Shown: piece by piece, positions 62,479 to 64,000 of the stretch
How the letters are laid out: every line of letters starts with the position of its first letter
How positions within the stretch are numbered: the stretch's first letter is position 1
Assembly (NCBI GenBank): GCA_010405405.1
Contig: MU004232.1
Coordinates: forward strand, 763,481 to 827,480
Length of the DNA: 64,000 bases
Source: Microthyrium microscopicum
Lineage: Eukaryota
Reading direction: 5' to 3'
Position numbers and translations under genes: made by a program
The notes under the pieces: generated by a model
Told to the model about the DNA's origin: nothing
Databases searched by the model: none
The model's input: the letters and a program-made list of their open reading frames with translations, nothing else

Positions 62479-63817
62479 TCATTGTTGGGTATCTGAAATG
62501 CTGTTCCACGACAAGATAGGTTTGATAACCTGTTCACGAGAGTCAGCGAGTTAAGATTTTCACTCTGTAAGAAGTTTAACTTACAGTGCCAGCCTTCAGA
62601 TCCTCCAACGCTTGCTCAATATTTTGGACATCATAGACCTTACCAAGCTTGTCGATTGGGAAGTGACCTTGCTGATAAAGTTGTATCAATTGAGGCAAAG
62701 TCTAAAATGCAGTGTTTAATCAGTTCCTTTGACCAAATGAAACATATTGAGTAATGGAGATCTTACCTCGGGGGGATTACATTGGCCTTCTATAACTCCA
62801 ACTAGAGTCTTGGTTGACATCAAAAAATTCAGAGGATCAATATCAATCGGCATGTCGGGTCGAGGAACGCCCACCAGTGCCATCTTGCCAGCATGACTGA
62901 GGGCCTTGATTCCTTGTGCTATCAACTTTGATATCCCCGTGGTCTCAATGATATGCTCGACTCCTCCAATTGCTGCGAAAGCCGCACATATGTCATCTAC
63001 ATCGCCAGTGTTTATAGTCTCAGTTGCTCCCAAAGATCTAGCAAACTCGAGCTTGCCTGGTAAAATATCAACTGCGATTATGTGCGTTACTCCCAGAGAT
63101 TTTGCTGCCAGTAAAGCAGCACACCCTACTGCTCCCATTCCAAAAACGGCCAATCTTGTAGTAGGCGTTGGTTTTAGGACATTTAGAACTGTCCCAGCGC
63201 CCGTCTGGTAACCGCATCCCAATGGAGCCATCATGGCAAGGCTCTCTTCACTAACATCGCACGGAACAACCGAATTCTCATGCACGACTGCAAGCTTGCT
63301 GAAGGACGACTGCCCAAAGAATTGCCCACGGGCGCCTGTACCATCCAAAAGTTTGGCAGGGTGACTACCGTCTGATTTTCTTGTGCCTGCGAAGTTGATC
63401 TCCGTCGACGATGGACAATTTCCAGGTAGTCCTGAGACACAGGAAGAGCATTTTTGGCAACTGTTGAAGCTGAGTAGCACGAGCTTTCCTTTTTCAAGGG
63501 ATTTATTCTTGACAGACTTTCCAACCATTCGTATAACTCCAGCTCCTTCATGACCAAGGACTGCGGGAAAGCCGCCTACGGGCATCAAGCCATGCTGCGC
63601 AACGATGTCCTATGGCATAATATTAGTTTTTGAGGTAACTCGCTTTTCAGCATGGGATTGATACCGTATGACAGAGACCACTATATTTCATCTCCACCAG
63701 TACTTCATCATTGCGGACTTCATCCAATAATATCTCTTGCAACACAAAAGGAGACCCGGCCTTTTCAACAACTAAAGCTTGAGTGCGCATATTCTGGGAA
63801 TGGTTTTGAACAGTCAT
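62479..63817 (-). CDS. Zinc-dependent alcohol dehydrogenase (aryl-alcohol dehydrogenase-like), multi-exon
   Basis: GLCHT|D, VLGHEGAG, structural Zn site CQKCSSC..C, PLGCGYQTGAG and GMGAVG; final exon VIKPILSW. Confidence 0.9.
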
Positions 63818-63971
63818 GATCAGTCAATGGTTTGGGTTTGTTTATTTTCTGCTACGTCCTACGGTCTTTCCTAAAGGGCGATGATTTATGTCTTTGAGCA
63901 AGGGCTTGTACGAGAGCCCAGAAAATTGCCCTGGAAGAACCTCAATTGGCATCGTCATACCCAAGATTTGG

Positions 63972-63985
63972 CGGTTCTCGATCCG
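63972..63985. promoter_or_regulatory. CGG-N8-CCG putative Zn2Cys6 site upstream of the alcohol dehydrogenase
   Basis: CGGttctcgatCCG, about 155 bp upstream of the ATG. Confidence 0.55.
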
Positions 63986-64000
63986 GCATTTCAGAAGACT

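Overview
Gene-dense genomic DNA from a filamentous ascomycete. The evidence is short GT..AG introns with CTRAY branch sites, a Zn2Cys6 regulator, a HET-domain gene and a block mutated by repeat-induced point mutation (RIP). Left part: a ZNFX1/Hrr1-type zinc-finger RNA helicase, a membrane protein, two secreted proteins, DCC1, a Bud3-type RhoGEF, a repeat-rich protein and a sedolisin. A RIP-degenerated nest of two CAGTGCTA-ended DNA transposons lies at 26.2-30.7 kb: a 4-kb DD34E Tc1/IS630 element with a second cargo gene, inserted into the terminal inverted repeat (TIR) of a MITE. Middle part: an NmrA-like pseudogene, an MFS transporter, a HET protein, an Opy1-like PH protein, EFL1/RIA1 and an SDR. 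Right part: a soluble bacterial-type P450, an esterase, an ankyrin pseudogene and a backbone-less cluster (SDR, SMP-30 lactonase, amidohydrolase-type decarboxylase, Zn2Cys6 TF, BVMO, Zn alcohol dehydrogenase) whose promoters share a CGG-N8-CCG motif. The most unusual signal is at 46.0-46.7 kb on the minus strand: four tandem paralogous 45-57-aa hydrophobic micro-ORFs only 20-32 nt apart. Each has its own stop codon, and their differences are mostly synonymous. Exon boundaries were read by eye and are approximate.
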